The position numbers and the translations under genes are program-made. A stretch of 63,982 nucleotides of DNA, counting the filler, from Stramenopiles sp. TOSAG23-2 (taxonomy: Eukaryota), in the NCBI GenBank assembly GCA_900128395.1. It is 4 parts of 4 records of this genome, joined end to end, with 100 filler letters (N's around TTAATTAATTAA, not from the genome) between each part and the next. Parts side by side here need not be neighbours in the genome. Positions count along the whole stretch, not along the records: positions 1 to 16,114 come from LT649684.1; positions 16,215 to 32,318 come from LT649685.1; 2 more parts are not named here. The stretch is one strand, 5' to 3'. This document shows positions 10,826-23,700 of the stretch, piece after piece. Positions within the stretch are counted from its first letter, which is position 1. Each line of letters opens with the position of its first letter. The notes under the pieces are model-generated. The model made no database searches. It worked only from the letters and a program-made list of their open reading frames with translations, and was not told where the DNA came from.

Positions 10826-13189
10826 ATGCCAACTGCAGTACCAGACCCAGACTTATCCCCACCATGGCAAAAATTTAAATCTAGTTCTAGTGGAGAAGTG
10901 TATTATTACAATACAGAGAGTGGTGAGACGCAATGGGAACGACCCGCGAAACAACTAGGCAAAAAAGCGCAGCGAGGTTCAATTACTGTTGGTCAAACAA
11001 AAGTAGAAGCTACTAAAATTAAATTTGATTCCAAATTAATTGTAAATATTATACGTGGACACAACTTAAATTTTAAAAATCAAGACAAAACATGTTATTG
11101 TATTGTTAAAGCACAGAAAATGGTAAAGAAAAAATATAAAACGATTGACGATGAATACGAAACTGAAAGAGCAAGTGGTAGCAAAGAGCCGGAATTTAAA
11201 GAATTTTTTGAATGGACAAAAAAAGCAGATGATATAGACCGAGTTTTAATACAAGTTTATAAACATGAGTTTTTACGCAGTGATAAACCGTTAGGTGAAG
11301 TAATATTAATTTTAGAGCAAGTAAAACAAGCACCTGGTTCCAAATTAAAAGATAAATTTGTTTTACAAACTCCAGAAGCTCATCCAAAACAAAAGGTGGC
11401 GGGGAAATTGGAATTAGTCATTGATTTTCGTCCAGGTGGTGAAGTAGAAATTGGTCAAGGTGGTGGTCCAACAAATGCAAAACATGTTGGTCATGTTGGT
11501 TTGACCTCAGATGGATTGTTAGACATGGATCATATTCCACCAGCATGGAAAACTTTGTTTAAACAAGCTGGTGTTACTAAAAAACAAATTAGAGAAAACA
11601 ATCGCGCAGTCGTTAGTGTTCTTGCTGAGTTTAAATTTTTGCCATCGAAATATATATTGCCAAAGGAACCTGTTGTAAGAGAGGAACCAGAGGAAGAGTT
11701 ATTAATGGCACGTCTAATGTTTGATCATGAAGCAGCCGCGGATGATGAATTAACTTTACAAACAGGCAATATAGTTGAATTGATAGAAGATGTCGGTGAC
11801 TTTTGGATGTGTGAATATCAAGATAAAACAGGAAAAGTACAAGGTGATTATTTAGAAATTTTATTACCAATGGAAACTGGTTGGGAAGAAGTAATGACAG
11901 AGGAAGGGGAATATTATTATGAAAATTTGGACACTGGTGAGACCACGTGGGATCGACCAGTAGATCAAAAGCGTGCATCGTATTTTTTCGGTGGTGAGGC
12001 TAATGATGGTGATGATGATGAATTTGATGAAACAGCAGAAGATGAGGATCAAAACGAGGAAGAAGTACAACAACAGGGAAAACAAGCGCTAGCACCACCA
12101 CCAACAACAACCAGTCAAAAAAAAGAATCTGTTGTTGTTGGAGAAGATGAAGATTTCTTTGATGATGAAGAGGAGTTTCAAGATGCAAAAGAGGTAACTA
12201 CAACAGCAGTGAACGATGCTGACGTTGATTTGAGTAAATATGAAAAAATGAAAACGTTGAAGATACCCAAAGGGGCAATTAGTGCGGCTATGCAACGCGA
12301 TGGCTTAAATCCATCTTTAATTGATAAACTATTTCTAGCAGAAGAGGAAGAAGTTGCTGTTGTTGAAGCTCCAAAACCAAAAAAAGTGGTTAAACAAGCA
12401 CCGCCACCTTCTTCACAACCAAAAAAGCAAAATGTGAATGCTAGTAACGTGGATGGAAAATATAAGAAGTATGCTAAAATGCTTGGCATGAGCATACCTG
12501 AAGGTGCTGTACGTGGAGCAATGACACGTGATGGCATTGATGGCAATACCATTGATGATTTCTTTAAAAAGATGAGTTTAGGAGGAGATGACAGTAGTAG
12601 TAGTAGTAGTAGTAAACCACCACCGGTCACTGGAGGTGCACGACCACCACCACCATTACCGATGGGTGGCGGCGCAAGACCACCCCCACCATTGCCGATG
12701 GGTGGTGGTGGTGCAAGACCACCTCCACCATTACCAATGGGTGGCATTAATAAATCTGGTGGAGCTGCACCACGTGGTGGTTTATTAGCTGCTATTCAAC
12801 AAGGTAAAAAATTGAAAAAGGCTTCTCGAGGTTCAACACCTCCACCAAAGAAAAAATCTGGTGGTGGTGGTGGATTATTAGATGAAATAGCAAATTTTGG
12901 TAAAGGTAAATTAAAGAAAGCGAAAGCTAGAAAATCAACACTACCACCAAAAAAAGCAGGTCCTGTAAGCATATTTGATCAAATTAAAGGTTTCAAAAAA
13001 GGTAATAAATTAAAGAAAGCTGCAGATCGTAAACTTTCAGCAAAGAAAGAAGATCCTAAAGTAGAAGAGGGAAAACGTGATATATTTAGTGCTATTCAAG
13101 GAGCAATTAATAAAGTACATGCAGCTACTCATGGTAGTGATGATGATGATGATGATGGATGGTCTGACGATGACGATGATTGGATGTAA
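10826..13189 (+). CDS. WASP-like actin nucleation-promoting factor (WW-C2-CRIB/GBD-SH3-WW-helical repeats-polyPro-WH2s-acidic tail)
   Basis: WW (LSPPWQ...YYYN...TQWERP), C2, CRIB (GGPTNAKHVGHVG...IPPAWKTLFKQAGVT), SH3 (FDHEAAADDELTL), second WW, PPPPLP repeats, WH2-like LLAAIQQGKKLKK repeats and a DDDDDGWSDDDDDWM tail. Confidence 0.85.
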   Translation: MPTAVPDPDLSPPWQKFKSSSSGEVYYYNTESGETQWERPAKQLGKKAQRGSITVGQTKVEATKIKFDSKLIVNIIRGHNLNFKNQDKTCYCIVKAQKMVKKKYKTIDDEYETERASGSKEPEFKEFFEWTKKADDIDRVLIQVYKHEFLRSDKPLGEVILILEQVKQAPGSKLKDKFVLQTPEAHPKQKVAGKLELVIDFRPGGEVEIGQGGGPTNAKHVGHVGLTSDGLLDMDHIPPAWKTLFKQAGVTKKQIRENNRAVVSVLAEFKFLPSKYILPKEPVVREEPEEELLMARLMFDHEAAADDELTLQTGNIVELIEDVGDFWMCEYQDKTGKVQGDYLEILLPMETGWEEVMTEEGEYYYENLDTGETTWDRPVDQKRASYFFGGEANDGDDDEFDETAEDEDQNEEEVQQQGKQALAPPPTTTSQKKESVVVGEDEDFFDDEEEFQDAKEVTTTAVNDADVDLSKYEKMKTLKIPKGAISAAMQRDGLNPSLIDKLFLAEEEEVAVVEAPKPKKVVKQAPPPSSQPKKQNVNASNVDGKYKKYAKMLGMSIPEGAVRGAMTRDGIDGNTIDDFFKKMSLGGDDSSSSSSSKPPPVTGGARPPPPLPMGGGARPPPPLPMGGGGARPPPPLPMGGINKSGGAAPRGGLLAAIQQGKKLKKASRGSTPPPKKKSGGGGGLLDEIANFGKGKLKKAKARKSTLPPKKAGPVSIFDQIKGFKKGNKLKKAADRKLSAKKEDPKVEEGKRDIFSAIQGAINKVHAATHGSDDDDDDGWSDDDDDWM

Positions 13190-13437
13190 AAGAGAGAGAG
13201 AGATAATAGATACGAATCGTAGGAACGGGAAGAGGGTGTGTGTTACATTTTATAAAAATATTTTAAAGTCTTTAGAGAGTATCTCTCGCGCGTGTATTTT
13301 TTAAAATATTTTTTGAATATCTTACGAACCGTCGTATATTAATACGATTACTGTTTTAAAATGTATGTATCCTTAATTATTTACGTGTATCATATCAATA
13401 TTTTAAATCAAATAAGAACTTTAAAAAATATATTATT

Positions 13438-14190
13438 TTACAACTCAGCATTTGCTTTTGTTCCAACTGGTAAAATTGGTTCACAAAGAGTTTCACAAAC
13501 TTGTGCTTTACGTTTACGTGATTTCCTACATGTCGTTGTACATTTAGAAGCAACACCTGTAGGTTCTAAACTATCGATATACGCCCCCCATGCATCTCTT
13601 TTCTTCTTTTTCTTGTTTGGTACTTTTTCAGCTGCTTTTTTAGCTGCTTTTTTAGCTGCTATTTGATCTTTTATTTTTGCTGTTTTCTCCGCTTCCACTT
13701 TTTCTTTTTCTTTTTTCATTTCTTTCTTTGCTAATTTTGCCTGTTTCTCTACAGATGCTTCTTTCTCCTCCTTTCGAACGTCCTCATCGGCATTCTCTAA
13801 TTTCTCCTCAGCATTATCCAAGTCCTGTTCGTTAGGACCTTCTGCATCTTGCTCTTCGTCGTCATCTTGGTCACTATCCTCACTATTTTCGTCACCTTCT
13901 TCATCCTCCTCCTCATCTCCACCATCACCATCTTGACTATCATCACCTTCATCATCTCCTTGATCATCATCATCATCATCATCATCCCTAACTGCTACTT
14001 CTTCTTTTGATTCTAGAAAACTATCATACAAACCACGTAAATATCGTGATGCACTATTTTCCAAAAGCTTATTACTATTTCTATCCACATTCTTATTATT
14101 ATTTACACTACTTCCATTGACATTATGACTATGTAGCAATAGTACAATAAATGCAACGATGCATATTATTGCATATGAACTTGACTTCAT
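13438..14190 (-). CDS. Secreted acidic/basic low-complexity protein with a Cys-containing C-terminus
   Basis: Signal peptide, RYLRG motif, Asp/Glu tract, Lys/Ala tract and C-terminal CTTTC...CETLC. Confidence 0.65.
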   Translation of the reverse strand: MKSSSYAIICIVAFIVLLLHSHNVNGSSVNNNKNVDRNSNKLLENSASRYLRGLYDSFLESKEEVAVRDDDDDDDDQGDDEGDDSQDGDGGDEEEDEEGDENSEDSDQDDDEEQDAEGPNEQDLDNAEEKLENADEDVRKEEKEASVEKQAKLAKKEMKKEKEKVEAEKTAKIKDQIAAKKAAKKAAEKVPNKKKKKRDAWGAYIDSLEPTGVASKCTTTCRKSRKRKAQVCETLCEPILPVGTKANAEL

Positions 14191-16114
14191 GTTTTATATA
14201 TACCTCCTCTGTTATTGCTAATATATATATATATATAATAATATTGAATATACCTATATATCTACAATGTATTGTGTGTTTATCTACACGTATGAACTAC
14301 ACATACTTCTTTTAGTTCTTGTAAATATGTTTCCCCTCTCTTTTTCATCAACAAAAACTCCTCCGTTCTTTGTATTCATTTTGAACTGTACTTGTAAGTG
14401 GAGTAGTATACCGCTTGATAGGGGGAAGTGGAGTATAAGGGGCAGAGCATCAGATAAATATAACATAGGAATAGCACTAAAACCCTAATTGTGAACATGA
14501 AAATGTGTGAGAAGGTCCCGGATCTTTCTTATGTTTCGGCAATTCAGGAAGAAGATCAATACCTAGCCAGGCTTAAAACCCTAATTGTGAACATGAAAAT
14601 GTGTGAGAAGGTCCCGGATCTTTCTTATGTTTCGGCAATTCAGGAAGAAGATCAATACCTAGCCAGGCTAGCCATGGAGCTGCTCCTGTAAAATTTAATT
14701 CTGTCCCAGACCGTATCAACCACAATAGCTTGTCCCATCGTTGATCTTGTGACATATTTTCATTTTCTCCATGTCTTTAAAGGTATCACGTGCCGCATTT
14801 CTTTGCCATTGGGCAATTGCCGCCCCTGCTGCAATCCCAAACATCTCTCAAGCCAAATTCTCTATCGCTTGGTACCTTGCGATACCAGCCTGTTGCAGTC
14901 TTTCTTCAGCCATGGTCTTGCCAATTGTACAACCTTGTAAGAAGTTGATGGCAGTATATGTACTGGTGTTGTTCTGGTTGTTTTTTCTTATGGAATGATG
15001 GATAATACATTGTATAAAAATTTCCTTCGGTCCATGTTATAGCATGTTGTGTATACACACTATTTATATCTACCATCTTGTCTGTGAATGTACTTAACCC
15101 ATATTGGTGTGTTTCTAGACCAATCTGTGTGCATATTAATTTTTTTAATGTAGATGTCATTGTATTCTTTTCCAAGTTAAAAGCAATATCATACCTTTCA
15201 TCATAATCATCCTTATTCCTTGATGCTGCTGTGAATTTCTCATGTGTAATATTAGCATCAATTACAGGACCATACATTATTGTTGCATTTGTACTTTTGT
15301 TATTAATGGATGTTGTCCAATTAAAACCATTCAGATGAGTGAATCCATGTATCTTGATAGCATTTATCATTTAAATATCACCATTAGTATTGCTATGGTG
15401 GTATTGCAATGGGCTACTGAAAGCAAAACCCGATTTGAGAAAGGTATCCAACCTGCAGAAATAAACCCAATCATTTGGTGGCAGTGTATGTTGGCCATGC
15501 AACAGAAGCTCAAGAGCTCAAACAAGGCATACAATGACAACATTGAGAACTTAATTTTATACTTTAGCAAGAGTTTAAACGGATCCAGAAAAGCATGATG
15601 AACACACCAAATCAACCGAAAATAAAATCCTTGCTGCTTTATGATGTAAAGCGAGCCTTAAAGGAAATAGGATATATTTTACTGCCAATGCCCGCCTTTA
15701 ATGAACAAAAACTCAATAGAACCAGGACATCTAAGTCCAAATGGAATGCAATCCTCCCACATAACAATGACAGTAGTGACTTCAACAACCACCGGGACTG
15801 TAACCAACCGTTACAAATGCATCTGACAGATAATAAGAAAGTCCACGGTGTGAGACTACAGTACGTGAGCTCTGCCATCCAGCAAAATCCAACATTAACA
15901 CAGCACTATGCGATTCACTCTTTTATTAACTATTCCCCTGATTAATTATTAGAGCTACTTCCATTAGTAGTCTACCAGGTACATATACTACTATTACATT
16001 TTTTTTTTCACATCATAATACATACATGTAACACGAAGTATATAGTTAAAAATAGAAATATAGATATTATTATATTAAAAGTGATGGAAGGGGGATATAT
16101 ATGGCATGACGACT

Positions 16115-16214
16115 NNNNNNNNNNNNNNNNNNNNNNNNNNNNNNNNNNNNNNNNNNNNTTAATTAATTAANNNNNNNNNNNNNNNNNNNNNNNNNNNNNN
16201 NNNNNNNNNNNNNN
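16115..16214. other. Artificial scaffold linker
   Basis: N-run + TTAATTAATTAA + N-run, 100 nt, with stops in all frames. Confidence 0.95.
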
Positions 16215-17537
16215 TTTTATGTTGACATCGATATAAATACGAGTAAAATATTGCATAGTTATCCTATGGCTACCATATGACAAAATAAACAACGGGTTGA
16301 CGATGCAAATAACTAGATTGACGTAGCAATCTAGATTACACAACATCAACACCATATTCCTGCTAAAAAGACCATTATATACTGATATTTTTAGTGAAAA
16401 ATAGCTATACAAAATTGGATGAAATTAATAATAAAATATGTATATTTTGGACTAATTCTTTTGGCAAGTACTGACAATATAAAATATAAATAATGTTTCC
16501 CAATTTCAGGCGCTCAAAATAAAAAATATTAAAATTATATGTATATATTTGAAACGAAGACATACATATACATTGAATATAGATGATCGAAGTTCAGTTG
16601 CCCATCTCTGTCTTGCCCAGTAACCGTATATAAGTCTATGGTAATGCTGTGTAGTCTTAATGGATAACACTTACTGTGTCTATACTATAATGCTATATAA
16701 CTGCTATCAGAATCGCCAAGCTACTTGATAGGACCGAAGGCCCTGACACCAGAGTTGCATGGAGAGCGAAGCTCTCCATGCTATTCCCATTGTGTCCAGT
16801 AAGCTGGACATAGTAAGAGATATTTCCTGGACATAATAAGGAGTGAAAGATGAATATCATACCATCATACGATTTCCCCCCCCTATCTTCATATTCCTAT
16901 AGTGCTATTTATATGCTAAATAGGTCGATGAAAAACCTTAATTTACCGAATTAGGATGTAAAATCGCACTTAATGTTGTTGGTGAGTAGTTATAAAAATG
17001 AACATGGACACACCATCTGGATAGAGAGGATTTTAAAATGAAGGGGCAAAAATGTGATCGGAGGTAAAATGACCCATTTAATATTCGTATGGAAACAATT
17101 ACAAAAAGATATAAACCATACCGATAAAATATTAGTAAATATCGCAAATGTGATCGGAGGTAAACTGACCCATTTAATATTCGTATGGAAACAAGTACAA
17201 AAAGACTTATACCATACCGATAAAATATTAGTAAATATCCATAGAAAGGCGGCCGTGATTCACCACCAGTCAAATTTAGTCTGTGAATAAACAGGAAGAA
17301 TATTTTTTTTGGCGATTCTGTTACAATTTTTCTGTTAGACTATTAAAATGTATACTTAAATTAGAGTTTGTCAAATTCCTCTAAAATATAAAATATAAAA
17401 TATATATTTATTTGCATAGAGACTGGACATAGTGTAGTGTGTATATGTGTAGAAGTATATCTGTACAATAACAACAAAGAATATATCAAATATCAATAAG
17501 TAAACAAACAAACAAACAAACAAACAAACGAGAAAAT

Positions 17538-17930
17538 ATGTCTGCTTCACTTACATGGATGCTTGTTAAAAATAACAATTGTTTTTTAAGAAAACAACGT
17601 CACTCTGGTGGTCACCAATTATCCCTGGAACCATATAATTTGGATAACAAAAATCGTTTTACAAGTAGTGGTTTAGTAAACGGCAAAGCTGTTGATATTT
17701 CTAGTGGCGAAGGTGGTATTACCATGAAATTAAAAGGTAAAGATAGTGTATCATTAGCATCAAATAATTCCCGTAAATTGAATGGAACTATTAAGAAAAC
17801 CACTTCTGCATACCGTGCTGACTTAGCAAGGCAAGCAATGGCAAGATACAGTCAATTAAACGCAGCATCCAAAGTTAAAGTTGGTACACGTACAAAAAAA
17901 GAAAAACGTAGTCGATACACACGTCAATAA
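17538..17930 (+). CDS. RPL28: 60S ribosomal protein eL28
   Basis: MSASLTWMLVKNNNCFLRK...EPYNLDNKNRFTSSGLVN and YRADLARQAMARYSQL match the eL28 family. Confidence 0.9.
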   Translation: MSASLTWMLVKNNNCFLRKQRHSGGHQLSLEPYNLDNKNRFTSSGLVNGKAVDISSGEGGITMKLKGKDSVSLASNNSRKLNGTIKKTTSAYRADLARQAMARYSQLNAASKVKVGTRTKKEKRSRYTRQ

Positions 17931-18195
17931 GTATATATATATATATATTTGCATATATAGATTTTGTATAAATATTTTATTGATGTGTACGAAAAACAGA
18001 ACGTTAGGGTTGTTTTTAAAACATAATATTACATATATAAAAATTATTTTTAGTTATTAAACTTTTATAAAAGCTAATATATATATTAATATTAGCATTA
18101 CACAGGCCTATATAAATATTATTATTGTCTTATTTTATATATTGTATTCTTTTGAAGAGTAGGAATTATCATGAGTAAACTAAAAAAACAAAATT

Positions 18196-20182
18196 TTATA
18201 ATTTACTCCCATCACCATATGTACCTTTATTTGATTTTTTTAAATCATCTCCAACAACACCACGTTTACCTGATACATCAACCATCATTGCTTCACATGC
18301 ATCATATACCACACCTGTATCACCATTACTTATTGTTGATTTTACATACACTTTTTTACCTTCAATACGATCAACATATGCATGTAATTTAAATACACCT
18401 GGTATGGAACGTGCTGGTTTTTTCATATCAACATGTATATATGCAGTAGGTGATGGATTTTGTAAATACGATGATGCTACATGGCCAGTACATAAATCAA
18501 ATAATGAACTAATTGCTCCACCTTGCCCAGTACCTATGTAACATTTTATACGATGAAATAGCGATCATGTATATTAATATATATTATATGTAAATACGAT
18601 GATGCTACATGGCCAGTACATAAATCAAATAATGAACTAATTGCTCCACCTTGCCCAGTACCTATGTAACATTTTATACGATGAAATAGCGATCATGTAT
18701 ATTAATATATATTATATATTGTGTTAGAGACGTATCTTTAGAGGAATATAACTATCATATATATATATTTAGAATTTACTTACCAATTCGTCTTGCGCCA
18801 TTGCTAGTGAAAGGTCCCATGTAAATGGCCCATATACTTTCTTTTTGATCAGGTGAAGAGACGTATTCCATATACCATGGTGCACGTTTTCCTGTCACAT
18901 AATGTATTGGCATTTGTGTTCTCATTGTATTGCCTTTATATGACCAACCATCTTGTGCCCATATACTTTCTTTTTGATCAGGTGAAGAGACGTATTCCAT
19001 ATACCATGGTGCACGTTTTCCTGTCACATAATGTATTGGCATTTGTGTTCTCATTGTATTGCCTTTATATGACCAACCATCTTGTGCTTTTGCTTCTTTC
19101 CACCATTTACAATTATTAATTAAATTAGAACCGACGTGATCAATTGCATCATACCAAGCCCTAGCATCATCTGATAAAGGTAATTCGTTTTCATATGCAA
19201 ATTCTTTTATTGTTTGTAATTGATTTACATACGTTTCAAATGAGGTTTTATATACATCGCTTTTATTATTATTATTATTATTATCGTTTCCTCTTTCAGA
19301 TTTTGCTAAACCGCTTGTTTTTTGAGTGTTTAATTTTTTCATACGTTTAAAAACTTTACGAGCCACTCTCGTACCCTGAACGGCCGCAGGGAAGCCGCCA
19401 TAAATAATCATTTGAACCATGATTTCTAATATTTCTTCTTCTGTTAACCCATGGTTTAATCCTCCTTGAATATGAAAATCCAACTCATCATTTCTTCCTA
19501 ATACAGTCAATATACTTATAACAACTAATGATCGATCACGGCGACTCATTTCTGTTCTTGACCATATCTCACCAAATGCAAATTCTAATGCTTTTTCACC
19601 AACTACACCAAGTGCTTTTGACATGCTTTCAAATTCAATATTTGGATCTTTATTCGATTTACCACCTGTTAACGTCGTTCTAACATCCGTTCCTCGTTCA
19701 CGACGCTCCATATCAGATAATTTTGCAGCTGCTTTACGCTCAGGTAATCGATCTGTCGGTTTTAAGCCATCGATCTCGCGCAATACAGAATCATATACAC
19801 GTTGTGCCGGCATAGCACGAGGAAATCCACCATAACCAGCTTGATGCAAAATAGCTTCTTGAATTTCTTCTCTTTTCACACCATGATTTAATGCTACTTT
19901 TAAATGATATTCTAATTCTTCTTTGCTTTGCACCGTCATCAATACCGTAATTACAACTAAACTACGATCACGCCTAGATAATTGTGGCCTTGACCATACA
20001 TCACCTAATACATTGTTAGTATTAAAAGAACCTAATGCACCTAATTTTCGTACCATCGATCTTGCAACACGTGGTGGGTCATCGTTACCAGTCGATTTTA
20101 CAGGTCCTTCGCCCATTCTTTTGATTACAGCTAAACCATCTTGATGCCTTTCTTCATATGATTTCCCAGACGACATTGACAC
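18196..20182 (-). CDS. Fusion of two carboxymuconolactone decarboxylase (CMD/AhpD-like) domains and a hotdog-fold thioesterase; one intron (18534-18783)
   Basis: Two GDVWSRPQLSRRDRSLV...HxxxALNHG...EIxE repeats. GTAAGT donor at 18783 and AG acceptor at 18534 join in frame to GTGQGGAISSLFD...TAYIHVDMKKP...VDRIEGKKVYV. Contains a 129-nt in-frame duplication that is probably artefactual. Confidence 0.75.
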
Positions 20183-20723
20183 AGTATGATGATTTTAAAT
20201 ACTTTAAATATTGTGTTAAATGTATAATATAATACGTTATTATAATAATAGCGGTTTGTACGTTTCTAAAAAGAAAATGTATATTTTGATCTTTCATCTT
20301 ATTATCACAGCGAAGTTAATATCTTTTGTTTGTTCTTGGATATTATTGTGGATCTATATGTAGTATTATAGTGGTTAGACCAAGTTAGTAGTAGTATTTT
20401 TCAACAACATTTAATTTAACATGTAAATACCAGGTCGGTATCATTACAAAAAAAAAGATAATGCGCTGTTATAGTTATAAAGTAAAATATTTTTTAAATA
20501 TTACTTCTCTTCACACACCAGACATATTCTTTGTGTTTCACACCCTTGATATTTTTTTACGAATGCAAAAATTTAATAAAATAATACGGAACTTTCATTT
20601 TGTCAAAATAAATACGTTGATCATTGATATAGATACAATCATATATATTATTATTACCTTTTTTTAGATAAAAATATATATGACAGCCCTCCTATATATG
20701 TATTTTTTTTAATACTTTTTTTT

Positions 20724-23700
20724 TTACACCAGCATAGTCTTTGTTTCATGGCAATTTTTACAAATACGACTTTCATTTTTATCATCAATGGAAACAATTA
20801 ATTCTTTATATGGTGAACATGAATCACAACATAAAATGCCACATTTACGACAATGGTGCCGTCGTCGTATTAAAAATTGAAACGGTTTGTCACAGATAAA
20901 ACAATTTTTTGATGCAGCATCTGGTTTCCATACAGGTGCAATAAATGCATCATCATCGTCACTATCATAATCATCATTATTCTTATCACTATTATTTTTA
21001 TTCGTAGTCGTAGTAACAGTGGTAGTAGTAATAGTAGTTTTACCATCGATATTTCCACTTTTACTAGTTTTCATACTATCCTCAACTAATTCTATTTTTC
21101 TAATTGTTTTTCTACCTTTTCTATGTTTTGCAATAGTTTTTTCTATATCACGAATCCATGCTTTTCCAATTTCAACACTGGTGCCTTCCATTTCCGGGTC
21201 TATTAAAACGTTGCTATTTTCTTCACTAGCAATATCACTTTTAAATTCATATTGTTCCAAGCCATATTTGCTACTATTTCTTGCAGGGACAATTGCAACA
21301 AAAGATTTTAAATTAGATTGAATTGTAAACGTGCATTGAAAGGTTTTAGGATCACTTTTCACAGAACGTGCGTTTGAAAGTCTATTTACGTGAAGTGATG
21401 CAACACGATGTAACAATCGCTTCGTGCTGTTTTTTTTCGCCATATTACCAGTAGGTTTAATAATCGGACCTTCCCCATAATCTATATCAACAACTTTACA
21501 ATTTGTCAATGACAAGGAACGATGATATTTAAATTTTCCATTTCCAACAGAATGTCCATAAATTAATTGATCGGACAATAACCAAAAATAAAATTCCTTA
21601 TTGACTCTTCGACAAACTTTAATTAATGGGCCGCAACGGATGAATTTACGATCTTTTGTTACCAAATTAATATAACTTCCATCTTCCATGATAATAGAAT
21701 TTTCCATCTTGAATAATTGCTCTTTATTTTTACGTATATCATTTGACAATTGGATATGGTGGTTGACTCCTTCAAATTGCTTCATTGCTAATTTTAAATG
21801 TTTTACATCTTTATGTGATTCTTCCGTAATCTTTATTAAACCTGTGATTAAGTTCATATATTCATTTAAACGTTTTGTCGGGCGTTCCATTTGTTCATAG
21901 ACAATATCTTCATTTTTACCTTCAAACATTCCGATATCAACAAATAGATACAAACGATAATTTTTAATAATTGTATTTATTGATTTGGTATTTTTAAAAT
22001 ACCGTATCATGTATTCAAAATTATTTCCATATTCACTGTACATTTTGAATGAACTGCCAAAATTATTAAAAAGTTTACCAATCATTATTTTATTGGTGTC
22101 ACTTTGCTTTTTTGCATTCCCACCTGACTTTTGTTTATTCAATATACTATTGTTTCGATTGCTGCGATTGAAAGAGACAGACAAGGATATTCCATCGTTA
22201 TCCACTATTTGTATCAAGGCTTTTAAAATTTCTTCATGCAATGTTACAATTTGTTTAATAGCATTTAATGCAATAACTGCTCTTGTCTCGTCCTCTTTTT
22301 TCGATTCATCCATTTCAGCAGAGGCACTTACATCATTCGTGTCCGATCTATGCAGTTTCTTCACGGCACTTTGTCCTCTGTTTCTACCTCTATCTGTATT
22401 AACATTTGCACCACTATGATGCGCCAACGCTGGATTTATAATCCGTTCAATGACTGAATGTAATGTCTCTACATATTCCTCTTCCGATAATAATAATTTA
22501 TATATGTAATCATCTCTTGTTTTCAATAAATCATCCGTTAAATATTTGCTATTGTCATACATATTTCCTCCCTTAGCATCATAAAAGTCAAGGGAAGATG
22601 CGCTTTCTCCTTTCGCCAACCCTGCTGAAAGCGTTTTTCGACCTTGTACTTTTTGACGGTATGCCTCTAACAATGGTAAAAATGCAAGAGTGTCTGGATT
22701 TGTTTCAAAATTTTCTTTCAACGATTGTAATATTTCAATAGTTGAATTCTTCCTTTTTCCTATTGTCAATAATTTAGTTTTCATATCACTCACATTAATA
22801 ATTGAATCTTCCAATTCATTGATCTCTTCCACTGTAGATATTTTGTGAAAACTTTCCCTTTCTGCATCTTCTACTTCATCATCATCTTTAGATTCCTCTT
22901 CGTTTTGTTCCAACACATTACATTTCACTATGCAGTAATCAATTAATAATTTTATCATTTGAGCATCAGCCACACGATCAACTGTCATTAAAGTGTACGG
23001 GTCAATATCTTCATTATCATGATCCTCCTCTTCCATACCAACCTGCTTTCTTTGCAATTTCACCTTTGCATCAGCAACACGTGCATGGTATTCCGCAACT
23101 ACTCTCGAGATCCATGTTTCCACCTGTACAACTGTATTCACTTTTTCTAAATTGAGTGGTACAATAAGGCCAAAACTTACATGAACTTCGCCACACATCT
23201 CAATATCTTCCTCATTATGTAAGCCGGAGTAAATATTATCTCCATTGCTATTAAAACCCCGTTCTCTAACCATCGGCAATGCAGAAACGCCTGAAGTTGG
23301 AAAAACTTGCACGGCACGCTTTCGCTGTTCTAATATTGCTAATGGATTAATGGTTTCTAAACCAACGCTGCTAAAACTGGATTTTTCTAAATCCATACTA
23401 CTAAAGCTATGTGCACTACTGAAATTGCTACTTTTTGTCTTCATCATTTTACTTGAGTCGTTTTTTTCATTTTGTCTTTCCTGCCATTTTTCTAAAACAT
23501 CGTAATGGAACCGTGCCGCCCCTTCTTGCCGCTCTTTACTAGCCAATGCCCCATCTTTCGTTTCACGCAATGTACTTGTTACCATCAAAACTTCAAATGG
23601 TTTTAATTGACTAGTGCCAATTAAAACATCTTTACTAATGCTATTCCTCACAGTTTCGTAGACTTGAATTACGATAGTGATTTCATGCCCAGCTTCATCA

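Noticed and set aside
8111-13438. A ~150-bp AT-rich segment shared between 8111-8460 and 13281-13438
   Set aside because: It is a patchwork of identical pieces with no TIR or TSD, so a gap-fill artefact is more likely than a dispersed element.
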